From: an uncultured Candidatus Saccharibacteria bacterium
GTDB lineage: Bacteria; Patescibacteriota; Minisyncoccia; CAIUEV01; JAHKAQ01
NCBI GenBank assembly: GCA_964598205.1
Contig: CAZRBB010000003.1
Span: forward strand, 17,046 to 81,045
Reading direction: 5' to 3'
DNA: 64,000 nucleotides
Made by a program: the position numbers and the translations under genes. The notes under the pieces are model-generated. The model did not search any database, was not told the origin of the DNA, and saw only the letters and a program-made list of their open reading frames with translations. Shown here in pieces: positions 37,479-46,900 of this stretch (the first letter of the stretch is position 1; every line of letters starts with the position of its first letter).

Positions 37479-38912
37479 TTAAGAAACATTATTCCCTTTT
37501 AGCATTTCCCTTATGTCTTTTATGGAAAAAATCCCAAAAAATCCAGCAAGAAGAAGATATGTTCCTCCGCCCGCCAAAATACGAAAAGGAAGAAAGAGGC
37601 TGTTTAGTGAAACAAGAACAAGGACCATCCCTGTTCCAGAAAGCAAAAGACGGAAAAAAATATTAGAAAAAAATATTTTCTTAAATTTTGAAAAAACAAA
37701 AAAGGCAGAAAGAGAAAAGACAACAACCTCTGTTACTGAAGAAATGACTGCTGCGGCTAAAAAGGAATATTTGGGGATGAGGATTAAGTTAAGGCTTATG
37801 TTTAAAAAGGCAGCTAATAGGAAAATTTTTAAAAGCCTTTTTTGTAGATTGGCTGCGATTAGAACCGAATTAAAATACTGTCCTAAAAATATTCCAAAAA
37901 TAGAAGGCGTTAGTAGTCTTAGTGCCCAAACAGACTTTTCAAAGCCAGGCCCGTTGATAATTTTTACAATTTCCGGTGCTAAAGCAAAGACCCCAAAAGA
38001 GATCCCTGTAGCAGCTAGAGCAATCGCCTTTAACGACTCTAGGCGAATCTTGTTGAATTTTTCATGGTCGTTAAAAACATAGCGAGAAAATAACGGAGCT
38101 ACAAGCCCCATAAACATTGCAGGAAAGTAGGAAAGGTTTTCTATTATTTTGTAAGCGGCACCATAAAGTCCAACATCTTGAGAGCCCTTAACCACAGAAA
38201 GAATAATAGTGTCTATTCGAAAATAAAGAAAGGTAACAATGGCTGAAATTCCCAAGGGAAGCGCTTCCTTGATTAATCTTTTAGCCGTTCCTCCGCTCCC
38301 CAAAAAGCTAATCTTGATTTCTTTTTTAGTTATAAAAAACACTCCTAAAAAAGTTATTGTCCAGGAAAAAACAAGGCCCCAAAGAATCCATAAAAGACCC
38401 TTGTCAAAACTAAAACAAGCCCAAACCCACAACAAGTTGCAGATTCTTCCTAAAAGCTCTAAAAAAGACACCTTGTATGCTAAAAGCCTTTTTTGAAAAA
38501 TAGCAGAAAGCGTTTGGTATCCAGAAGAAAAAAACAAACCAAGAGAAACCAGGACAATGCCCTTTTTTATGTCGAGAGAGTAGGGAAGGAGAAGGGCAAA
38601 GAGTAGCGCCAGGATCATTAGGATGGCAGAAGACCCCATTCTAATTAGAAGGGCGGCGCTGATAATTTTTTCTTCTCCCTTAGAGTCGTTTTCTTTTCTG
38701 GAAATTTCTCTTAAAACAACTTGGTTTAGCCCTAAATCACCCAAGGAAGAGAAGAAAAAGAAAAAAGCCAAAATTGTGGCGTACTTTCCCAAACCTTCTG
38801 CGCCTAACTGTCTTGCTGTTAGCCCCCAGGCAACCAGGGCAACAATGGTCCAGGTGATTTTTGCCGTGGCAGAAAGAAGGGTGTTTATGGCAATTTTAGC
38901 AGAAAGATTCAT
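37479..38912 (-). CDS. Wzx-type flippase
   Basis: Multi-TM, DLGL, RIDTIILS, VGLYGAAYK, LNLILIPKY. Confidence 0.9.
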   Translation of the reverse strand: MNLSAKIAINTLLSATAKITWTIVALVAWGLTARQLGAEGLGKYATILAFFFFFSSLGDLGLNQVVLREISRKENDSKGEEKIISAALLIRMGSSAILMILALLFALLLPYSLDIKKGIVLVSLGLFFSSGYQTLSAIFQKRLLAYKVSFLELLGRICNLLWVWACFSFDKGLLWILWGLVFSWTITFLGVFFITKKEIKISFLGSGGTAKRLIKEALPLGISAIVTFLYFRIDTIILSVVKGSQDVGLYGAAYKIIENLSYFPAMFMGLVAPLFSRYVFNDHEKFNKIRLESLKAIALAATGISFGVFALAPEIVKIINGPGFEKSVWALRLLTPSIFGIFLGQYFNSVLIAANLQKRLLKIFLLAAFLNISLNLILIPKYSFLAAAVISSVTEVVVFSLSAFFVFSKFKKIFFSNIFFRLLLSGTGMVLVLVSLNSLFLPFRILAGGGTYLLLAGFFGIFSIKDIREMLKGNNVS

Positions 38913-38921
38913 CGACTCTCT

Positions 38922-39680
38922 TTATTTTTTTCCTCCTACTGTTTTCTTAATAAAATATTGCTGCAAGATTGAAACCGCCGTGCTTATGCTCCAGTAAAAA
39001 GGAAGGCCTGCGGGGAAGCCAAGTGCAAAAACAAAGGCCATTATCGGCATCATGTAAAGCATTTGCCCGCTAAGAATGTCTTGAAATTCTGGTTCCCTTG
39101 AGCCTTCTTCGGATTTTTCTTTTTTCTTTGGAGCTGGTGGCATGATTTGCTTAGAGTAGACAAACTGTAACGCCCCACTTAGTAGGGCAAGGAAGAAGTT
39201 TTTTTGAGCCAAATCAACAATCCCTAGAAAGGTTGTGTTCATTTCGGTTACTCCTTGAAAGAAAGAATGCCCATAAAGCAGTCCCTGAGAGACCGCTAAA
39301 TGTCCATCAACAAGAGAGAGTGCGGCGTTACCAGGAATTAGAACCCTGTACAAAGCAAAAAGAACGGGAAGTTGAATCAGGGCAATTAAACAACCCAGCG
39401 CAGGGTTTATGTTCTCTTTTTTATAAAGCGCTAAAACCTCTTTTCCTTGCTGTTCTTTGTTGTTTTTGAATTTTTCTTTTATTTCTTTTATTTGCGGTTG
39501 GAGGTTTTTTATTTGATGTTGAGAAGTGGCCTGTTTTTTAGTTAGGGGATAAAGAATTGTTTTAATAAGAATTGTTAAAAGAATAATGGCGATTCCAAAA
39601 TCTCCAAAAAACTTATAAAAAACAATCAGGGCGTTAAATAGGGGGCGGTAAAGCAGTTCGTCAAATAAAAATTTGAACAT
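38922..39680 (-). CDS. yidC: Membrane protein insertase YidC (short form)
   Basis: GIAIILLTILIK, LQPQIKEI, INPALGCL, PAGLPFYW. Confidence 0.95.
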   Translation of the reverse strand: MFKFLFDELLYRPLFNALIVFYKFFGDFGIAIILLTILIKTILYPLTKKQATSQHQIKNLQPQIKEIKEKFKNNKEQQGKEVLALYKKENINPALGCLIALIQLPVLFALYRVLIPGNAALSLVDGHLAVSQGLLYGHSFFQGVTEMNTTFLGIVDLAQKNFFLALLSGALQFVYSKQIMPPAPKKKEKSEEGSREPEFQDILSGQMLYMMPIMAFVFALGFPAGLPFYWSISTAVSILQQYFIKKTVGGKK

Positions 39681-39980
39681 TTATAATGGTTTTTTATTAA
39701 AGTGTCTTTCTAGGGAGCGGTTAATGTTTGGAAAAGAAATATTTACGCTCCTTACTAAAACAATAAACACCAACTCTTTAAACTGAGGATTTCTTTTTTT
39801 AAAAAAAAAGACAGATTCCCTGATTCTCCTTTTAGCTAGGTTTCTTTTTACTGCTCTTTTTTCTGTCTTTTTAGAAACCAAAACGATTGTTTTAGGTTTT
39901 AGGCTAGTCGCTTTTCTTAAAGAAACCACGCTTATACCGCTTAAAACATCTTCCTTTAAAAGGCTTTCTTTTTTAGACAT
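39681..39980 (-). CDS. rnpA: RNase P protein component
   Basis: VSKK...[13 protein letters not shown] (RNR motif variant); rpmH-rnpA-yidC order. Confidence 0.88.
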   Translation of the reverse strand: MSKKESLLKEDVLSGISVVSLRKATSLKPKTIVLVSKKTEKRAVKRNLAKRRIRESVFFFKKRNPQFKELVFIVLVRSVNISFPNINRSLERHFNKKPL

Positions 39981-40116
39981 TGGTTATTTTCTCTCTCTTT
40001 TTTTTCCTTCTTCTTGCTAAAACCTTTTGCCCTCCTTTGGTTTTCATTCTGCCACGAAACCCACAGCTTTTACTTCTTTTCCTTTTTTTTGGTTGATATG
40101 TTCTTTTGGTAGCCAT
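39973..40116 (-). CDS. rpmH: 50S ribosomal protein L34 (not in ORF track)
   Basis: Manual translation [47 protein letters not shown]. Confidence 0.97.
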   Translation of the reverse strand: MATKRTYQPKKRKRSKSCGFRGRMKTKGGQKVLARRRKKKREKITNV

Positions 40117-40267
40117 AAACTTATTGTTATTTTATTAGCACATGTTATAAGGTAAACATAGGCTGTTTGATTGTCAATTTTTTCTTTTCAACAGCTTTTG
40201 AACATTTTTTATTTTTTTAAAAAAAGGAAGTATGCTAACATATTTTTTCCTCCCCTAAGACACTCTT

Positions 40268-41659
40268 ATGAACAAAAAGGAGATTTGGCAAGCGGTCCTT
40301 GGCGATGTTGAAATTACAATCAGTAAGGCGACTTTTGTTACTTGGTTTAACAATACCTTTATCTTAGAAATAAACAACAAGCAAGCAGTTGTTGCAGTGC
40401 CCAACGGCTTTAGTAAGGAGTGGTTAGAAAATAAATATTCTTTATTTGTTAAAAAATCATTGGCTAAGCACTATGGAGAAATAGAAAAATTAGAGTTTAG
40501 AATTACTCAACCTCAAAAGCCGATTTTAAAAAACAACCATTCTGCTGAGCCCCTCCCCAATGCCTTCTCGGAAAACCACTTAAACTCCGAAGACAGTCAA
40601 GAAACGGCAGGTCAAAATTTCCACCCCACCCAAACAACCGAAACAGGCCTTAATTCAAGATATACCTTTAACAATCTTATTGCTGGCAACCACAATGAGC
40701 TTGCTTTCTCTGCTTGCAAAAAGGTTGCCCTGTTCCCAGGAACCAAATACAATCCTCTTTTTATTCATGGAGGGGTTGGCTTAGGGAAAACCCATTTATT
40801 GCAAGCTATTGGGAATAGTGCCAACAAGAACGGTGGGCTGATTGTAAAATATGTTACATCGGAAAGGTTTACCACAGAGCTGGTTGGTGCTATTAAAAAA
40901 CAACAAATAGACTCTTTTAAGGAAGCTTATCGTCGTATCGACATTCTTTTAATAGACGATATTCAATTTATTGGAGGGAAAGAGAAAACTCAAGAAGAGT
41001 TTTTCCATGTTTTTAACGCTCTTTATCAAAACAATAAGCAGATTGTTCTTTGTTCTGATCGTCCACCAAAGTCAATTGCAACATTAGAAGAAAGGTTGCG
41101 TTCTCGTTTTGAAGGAGGAATTATTGTTGATGTTTTAAAGCCTGACCTTGAAACCAGGATGGCAATTCTCACCAGAAAAGCTCAAGAAATCTACCCAGAA
41201 GAAATCCCCCAAGAAACGCTTCTTTTTATTGCTCAAAGCATTAAAACCAATGTAAGAGAATTAGAGGGAGTTTTAAATCGATTATTGGCAGTTTGTGAAT
41301 TACAGCAATCTTTTCCTAGTTTGGAAAATGCTGAGAAGTTTTTAGGCAAAATAATACAAACAAGCGAACCAATAAAACAAACCCCAGAAAAAATAATACA
41401 AGCCGTGGGAGAGTTTTTTGGAATAAAAAAAGAAGAAATAAAAGGAAAGAAAAGGGGGCGAGAAATTATGAAGCCTCGGCAGGTTTCTATTTACCTAATT
41501 AGAAGACAATTAGGTCTGTCTTATCCAGCGATTGGTAAAGAGTTTGGAGGTAAAAATCATACAACAATTATGCATAGCTATAACAAGATTTCAAAAACAA
41601 TAGAGCAGGATCCGTTATTAAAACAAGAAGTTTCTTCTATCCTAGCTCGTATCTGTTAA
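40268..41659 (+). CDS. dnaA: Chromosomal replication initiator
   Basis: YNPLFIHGGVGLGKTHL, LLIDDIQF, QEEFFH, RLRSRF, GGKNHTTI. Confidence 0.99.
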   Translation: MNKKEIWQAVLGDVEITISKATFVTWFNNTFILEINNKQAVVAVPNGFSKEWLENKYSLFVKKSLAKHYGEIEKLEFRITQPQKPILKNNHSAEPLPNAFSENHLNSEDSQETAGQNFHPTQTTETGLNSRYTFNNLIAGNHNELAFSACKKVALFPGTKYNPLFIHGGVGLGKTHLLQAIGNSANKNGGLIVKYVTSERFTTELVGAIKKQQIDSFKEAYRRIDILLIDDIQFIGGKEKTQEEFFHVFNALYQNNKQIVLCSDRPPKSIATLEERLRSRFEGGIIVDVLKPDLETRMAILTRKAQEIYPEEIPQETLLFIAQSIKTNVRELEGVLNRLLAVCELQQSFPSLENAEKFLGKIIQTSEPIKQTPEKIIQAVGEFFGIKKEEIKGKKRGREIMKPRQVSIYLIRRQLGLSYPAIGKEFGGKNHTTIMHSYNKISKTIEQDPLLKQEVSSILARIC

Positions 41660-41826
41660 TTAACTGTTTAAAAAATTGTTTATAGGTTGTGTTGAAAAAT
41701 AAATACAGTTTTGCAGTTTTTTATGCACAAACAAAAAAGTTTTCTTGATGAAAAAATCTTCTTTCTAGAAAAGGCTTTTGGGGCGTTCTCCACTTTTACA
41801 CACTCTAATAATAATAATAAATTTAA
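41660..41826 (+). other. Probable oriC
   Basis: dnaA-dnaN intergenic; degenerate DnaA boxes (ttatgcaca 41721, ttctccact 41786, tgttgaaaa 41690) and (TAA)5 DnaA-trio-like run at 41806-41820. Confidence 0.75.
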
Positions 41827-42945
41827 ATGAAAATAACTCTTACTAAGGAGAACATTCAGAAGGCTGTTAAAAAGTGTTTGTCTTTAACAACCACAAACAC
41901 ATCTCTTCCTATTTTGTCTAGCGTTCTTTTAGAAGCAATAAAAGGGGAGCTTGTTTTAAGTGTTACTAATTTAGAGTCTGGCTTAATTGTTAGGTCTAGA
42001 GCTTCAGTGGAAAGAGAGGGGAAAGTTGTGGTCTCTTTTAAAATTTTAAGCGGAGTTATTAGTGGGTTAGTTTCCAATGTTCTAACTTTAGAGAAAAGTG
42101 GCAATTCTTTGAAAATATCAACAGATGTTTTTGAAGCAGAAATAAAAATAAACGAAGACGAAGAGTTTCCTTTGATTCCGCAAATAAAAAAAGAAAATGA
42201 TTTTTTATTAAGTCCAGTAACACTTTCGGAAGCTATTAAAAAAGTATTACCAGCAACAGCTGTTTCAGGAATGAAGCCAGAATTAACTAGTGTTTATTTA
42301 GCTTCTTCTAAGGATGGGCTAAAAGTGGTTGCTACTGACGGTTTTCGATTAATCGAGGTAACATTAGGGAAGGAGGTAGGGAAAATTGATCCAATTATTA
42401 TTCCTTATAAAACGGCCCAGGAGGCTTATAAAATATTAAGCGGTATTCAGGGGGAGGATGTTTGTTTTTATACCCGAGAGAGTCAATTTATAATAGCTGG
42501 AAGCGATTTTTATTGGGTGTCTCGAGTGATTGATGGTCATTACCCAGATTATTGTAAAATAATTCCTCAAACAAAAATAACAGAGATTCTTTTTAAAAAA
42601 GAAGATTTTTTAGAGGCGGTAAGGGGCGCAGCAATTTTTGCCAACAATGAAACAAACGATGTGGTTCTTGACTACTCTTTAAAGAGCGGAAAAGTAACCG
42701 TTTTTGCCGAATCACAAAAAACAGGAAAATTCTCTGTGAAAATAGATAGCAAGATAGAGGGAAAAGAGGGGCGCATCTGCTTGAATTATAGATATTTATT
42801 AGATGGGCTTTTATGTTTAGAAAGCGAGGAAATTATAATGCTTATAAACCAAGAAACCAGCCCAGTGCTTTTAAAAGCAAAAAAAGCAAAAAAAGAAAGC
42901 AGTGTTCTTTGTTTAATATCGCCAATCAAAAAAAACAATGCTTGA
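41827..42945 (+). CDS. dnaN: DNA polymerase III beta clamp
   Basis: LPILS, TNLE, EEFP, VATDGFRL, GHYPDY. Confidence 0.97.
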   Translation: MKITLTKENIQKAVKKCLSLTTTNTSLPILSSVLLEAIKGELVLSVTNLESGLIVRSRASVEREGKVVVSFKILSGVISGLVSNVLTLEKSGNSLKISTDVFEAEIKINEDEEFPLIPQIKKENDFLLSPVTLSEAIKKVLPATAVSGMKPELTSVYLASSKDGLKVVATDGFRLIEVTLGKEVGKIDPIIIPYKTAQEAYKILSGIQGEDVCFYTRESQFIIAGSDFYWVSRVIDGHYPDYCKIIPQTKITEILFKKEDFLEAVRGAAIFANNETNDVVLDYSLKSGKVTVFAESQKTGKFSVKIDSKIEGKEGRICLNYRYLLDGLLCLESEEIIMLINQETSPVLLKAKKAKKESSVLCLISPIKKNNA

Positions 42946-43237
42946 TTTAGGACAAGAAGTGCAGGGCGTTTGGAAAAGAGCTGTTTTTTCTGGTGAGTTT
43001 AAATCCTTCCTGATTTGTCGTTATGCTACCGAGAGTATAGAAAAAATCACTCAACTTTCTGTGGGAAAAATAAAAGCAAAAAAATATTGCCAACAAACAA
43101 AAACACTAGAGATTGAAATGGAAGGCGTTTCTATTGGACAAGTGATTCGGAGGCAAGAAGAAAGGATTATAGAAGATGTGAACAAAAGAATTGGTGCTTG
43201 TTGTTTAAGGAAAATAAGATATCGTCTTTTTTCTTAG
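42938..43237 (+). CDS. Possible DciA/DUF721-like helicase-loading protein
   Basis: 99 aa overlapping dnaN end; size, context and C-terminal IIEDVNKRIG...KIRY pattern. Confidence 0.5.
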   Translation: MLDLGQEVQGVWKRAVFSGEFKSFLICRYATESIEKITQLSVGKIKAKKYCQQTKTLEIEMEGVSIGQVIRRQEERIIEDVNKRIGACCLRKIRYRLFS

Positions 43238-45453
43238 TTTTCCTCTTTTCCTTTGCAGCCGGTTTTTTCTGGAGGGCTTGGGTCTATATTGTTTTCTTCG
43301 GCCCATTTTTTTACGCCATCTTCCCAGCTTTTAAACTGAGGATCATTTTTTGGTTCTTTAGGATAAGGACCTCGGGGATCGTCTTTGTCTATGTAGAAAA
43401 GAATAGAATGGCTTTCTCTAAAGGTTTTTTTCTTAGTGTTTTTAGAGGAACAGGTTTCACTAGCCAGGTACCCTGATTTTTTATCAATACGCAGTTCTAC
43501 TTCTTTTTCTAAAAAACCTCCAATCATGGGCTTATTTACATCTTCTTCTTCTGGTCGGATAAAGTCTTCTTTTGAGTAATCATTAATAAAGCGGTCCATA
43601 AAATTCCTCCAGATAGGGGCTGCTACAACAGAACCATCTGCTCCTTGCTTCATTGGAAGATTATTGTTATTGCCAACCCAAACACCAACAGCTATTTGGG
43701 GCGTGTAGCCAACGGTCCAGGCGTCTCTAAATTCTTGAGTGGTTCCTGTTTTGCCAGCAGTGTTTTTCCCAGAGATATATAGCGGATTGTTTCTGCCAAA
43801 AACAGGAGCTCTGGCGGAATTATCGGAAAGACAGTCATTTATTTGTCTGGCTATTTGAGAGTTTAAAACCCTTTTTCCGCCAGGACTGATATTTTCTTTA
43901 ACAAGCCCTCCCTCAGAGTTTTCAATTTTTAAAATGCTTTTTTCTTCTTGTTTAAGGCCGTCGTTGGCAAAAACAGAGAAGGCCTGGGTTTCTTCTTTTA
44001 GGGTAACCTCTCCTCCTCCTAAGACTAAAGCTAGGCCATAGCGACTTCTGTCTTTTAGTGTTTTAATTCCCATAGATTCGGCCAGGTCAATAGTTTCGTT
44101 AATTCCAGAAAGATAGAGCGTTTTAACGGCAGGAACATTTAGCGACATGGCAAGGGCGCTCTTCATGCTTATTGGGCCAATGAATTTCCCGCTGTAATTT
44201 TGGGGAGAGTATTTTACGCCAGGTCGATCTTCAAAGTCTGTTTTTACATCAAAAAGAATGGTTTTTGGTAAGTATCCTTTAATAAAAGCTGCGGCATACG
44301 CAAAGGGCTTAAAAGAAGACCCTGGCTGTCGGGGTCTTAGGGCAACATTTACATTTCCATTATTCTCTTTGTCAAAATAGTCAACAGAGCCAACCATTGC
44401 TAAAACTTCTCCATTTTTAGGATCAATAACCACCATAGCAGCATTAGTAGCTCCAAAATCTTTCTTATTTCTTTCTGCTTGTTGTTTTATTGCTTCTTCG
44501 GCGGCTATTTGTAGTTTCCAGTCTAGGGAGGTGTATATTTTTAGTCCCCCGCTTTCTATAAAGCCTTCTCCATATTCATCGACTAGTTTTTGTTTAACAT
44601 AAATAACAAAATGAGGGGCTTTAATTAAAGTGGCAAAGGGTTTTATTTTAGAAATAGTGTCTATTTTTAAGGCTTCTACTGCTTCGGATTGTTTAATGTA
44701 GCCCAAGTCTTCCATTCTTTTAATGATCCATTCTTTCCTCCAAAGGAGTCTTTCAATATTGTTGCCATAAGGAGAATAAAATGTTGGGGCCTTGGGAAGC
44801 GCTGCTAGAACGGCGCTTTCGTCTAAAGAAAGCTCTATGGCTGGTTTTCCAAAAAAGGTTTGGGCAGCGGCTTCAATCCCATAAGCATTGGAACCATAAG
44901 GAATTTCATTGAGATACATTTCTAGGATTTGATCCTTAGAAAAGCGTCGTTCTAATTCTAAGGAAAGAATGGCTTCTTTTACTTTTCGGGTATAAGTTTT
45001 TTCTGAAGAAAGAACAGAGTTTTTAATAAGCTGTTGTGTGATAGTAGAAGCTCCTTGGGATTTTGAATGCTTAAGATCTGCCAAGATGGCTCTTAAAATA
45101 GCTTTAAAATCTAATCCATGATGGTTATAGAATTGATCGTCCTCTGCAACAATGGTTGTGTTTTTTATAAAAAGAGGCATTCTGTTAAAAGGAATAACAG
45201 TCCTCTTTTCTTCTCCATGGATCTCATAAAGAAGAACTTCTCCGGTGCGATCAAAAATTTTAGTGGACTCGGCCATTTTCCTTTGGGATAGCTGGCCGGA
45301 AGAAGGAAGCTCTCTTGAGTAGTAAATAAAAACTCCTACCGCAAAAACAATTGCCAAAAGAAACCCGCTTACAAAAAGCTTAGCCAAAAAGAAAAAAAGA
45401 CTTCTTTTTTTTGGTTCAGGGAGTTTTTCTTTGGAAGGTTTTTTTGTGATCAT
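43234..45453 (-). CDS. Class A penicillin-binding protein (PBP1A family)
   Basis: AEDDQFYNHHG, GASTITQQL, RKVKE, SSFK, SLN, KTGT. Confidence 0.96.
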   Translation of the reverse strand: MITKKPSKEKLPEPKKRSLFFFLAKLFVSGFLLAIVFAVGVFIYYSRELPSSGQLSQRKMAESTKIFDRTGEVLLYEIHGEEKRTVIPFNRMPLFIKNTTIVAEDDQFYNHHGLDFKAILRAILADLKHSKSQGASTITQQLIKNSVLSSEKTYTRKVKEAILSLELERRFSKDQILEMYLNEIPYGSNAYGIEAAAQTFFGKPAIELSLDESAVLAALPKAPTFYSPYGNNIERLLWRKEWIIKRMEDLGYIKQSEAVEALKIDTISKIKPFATLIKAPHFVIYVKQKLVDEYGEGFIESGGLKIYTSLDWKLQIAAEEAIKQQAERNKKDFGATNAAMVVIDPKNGEVLAMVGSVDYFDKENNGNVNVALRPRQPGSSFKPFAYAAAFIKGYLPKTILFDVKTDFEDRPGVKYSPQNYSGKFIGPISMKSALAMSLNVPAVKTLYLSGINETIDLAESMGIKTLKDRSRYGLALVLGGGEVTLKEETQAFSVFANDGLKQEEKSILKIENSEGGLVKENISPGGKRVLNSQIARQINDCLSDNSARAPVFGRNNPLYISGKNTAGKTGTTQEFRDAWTVGYTPQIAVGVWVGNNNNLPMKQGADGSVVAAPIWRNFMDRFINDYSKEDFIRPEEEDVNKPMIGGFLEKEVELRIDKKSGYLASETCSSKNTKKKTFRESHSILFYIDKDDPRGPYPKEPKNDPQFKSWEDGVKKWAEENNIDPSPPEKTGCKGKEEN

Positions 45454-46900
45454 GAGGGGCTTTATGAGTTTGGGTGATATGGAGGGATTGATAGGTGGCC
45501 TTTACCACAGAAGCTCCAAAGGCATTGAGCCTTGTTCCCATATTTTGGCTTATTTGGCAAGAGAACACAACCCTGAAAATGCGACCGGGATCTTTTTTGT
45601 TTATTTTTCGAGGAAAAGAAGGAACGCCGTCTACTATTAAAAATTCTTTAGCGTTTTTAATCTGAGAAAAAGAAAATCCTTTTCTTTTAAAAACAAGCTT
45701 TTTATTCTTTAAGCAATAAACACCAGCTCTCAGAGAACCTTTTATAAAAGCCGGCTTATAAGGAGCTCGGACAAAGAGATGGGCTTTTTCCGGAGACTTA
45801 ATAGAAAGTGTTTCTTTTTTTTGATACAAAGCTCTAGGAAGGGGTTGTTTAAGAAATTCTAAAACATGAAAAGCAACTAATGGAATTTCTTTTTTTTGAA
45901 GCTGAATTAGCGTAGAAACAGGGAATGTTCCTAAGAGTCGAGGGTTTAACTCTAATGGGAAAACATTTTTTTGTTTCCAATCAACAATAAAATCAACACC
46001 AAAAATTCCCCTAAAGCCTTCTTTTCTTAGGGCTATGCCTATTTGCTGGACTGTTCTTTTCATTTTGCCCTGTATTTGTTTTTTAATTTTAAAAGCCTCG
46101 CTCCAGTCGTGCCCGCAAAAGACGCCTTGGCCCTTTGCTTGAGGGAAAAGCTCTTGGATGTCGATTAATTGAAGCTGAGGAGGGATTTGGAATATTTTTT
46201 TCTTAGTTACGCATCCTGTAATGCTAGGAGAAAACCCATCAACAAATGGAGAAACAACAACAGAAGAGCTCCAAGAAAGTTGCTGGTCTTTTTTAAGCAC
46301 GGTAATGGCAGTTGCAAAATCGGTTTTGTTTTTTATAAAAAAAGTTCCACCACCACCTCCTCTTTTTGGGTTTTGAACAACAAAGACAGAGGAAAAGATG
46401 CGAGAAGCGTTGTTGTATCCCTGTTTTTTAAGAACGGCTAGTGTTATGTTTTTTTTAAGCAACCCAGAGAGCGAGGCTTTTTTTAAAAGTTTTTTAAAAA
46501 AAACCTTATTTTCTAGCTTTTTTTCTAGAGATATAGGATTGGCAGCAAGAATCCAGCCCTTTTTCTTGGCCAAGAATTCCAAAGACGAACTGCTTTTATA
46601 AAGAAGGATGACGGGAGGATTCTTTTTGTTTGCTAATCCAATAAAAGATTGCGCGTTTTTATCCTTAAGAACAGAAAAAGGGTTTCTTTTGGTTTCTTTT
46701 GGGATTTTTTTAAGAGATTCTTCTAGGCAAAAAAGAGGAATGCCAAACTTTCTTATATGTTCGATTTCCGCCGAATAGTTTAGGCAGGCAATTTTGAAAT
46801 TTGGAAAAATATTTTCACAACCAATACGACCAAAGGCCTGAACAGAAGCTCCAATAATGGGGTTTTTAATTTTTTCAAAGAGAGTTTTGGTGCTGGTCAT
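45416..46900 (-). CDS. ATP-grasp ligase of unknown specificity
   Basis: LENKVFF, GGGGGTFFI, RGIFGVDFIVD, ELNPR. Confidence 0.8.
   Translation of the reverse strand: MTSTKTLFEKIKNPIIGASVQAFGRIGCENIFPNFKIACLNYSAEIEHIRKFGIPLFCLEESLKKIPKETKRNPFSVLKDKNAQSFIGLANKKNPPVILLYKSSSSLEFLAKKKGWILAANPISLEKKLENKVFFKKLLKKASLSGLLKKNITLAVLKKQGYNNASRIFSSVFVVQNPKRGGGGGTFFIKNKTDFATAITVLKKDQQLSWSSSVVVSPFVDGFSPSITGCVTKKKIFQIPPQLQLIDIQELFPQAKGQGVFCGHDWSEAFKIKKQIQGKMKRTVQQIGIALRKEGFRGIFGVDFIVDWKQKNVFPLELNPRLLGTFPVSTLIQLQKKEIPLVAFHVLEFLKQPLPRALYQKKETLSIKSPEKAHLFVRAPYKPAFIKGSLRAGVYCLKNKKLVFKRKGFSFSQIKNAKEFLIVDGVPSFPRKINKKDPGRIFRVVFSCQISQNMGTRLNAFGASVVKATYQSLHITQTHKAPHDHKKTFQRKTP

Noticed and set aside
37513-38082. 189-aa Lys/Arg-rich antisense ORF and the many similar short shadow ORFs
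   Set aside because: Mirror frames of T-rich membrane-protein or housekeeping genes with no motifs of their own
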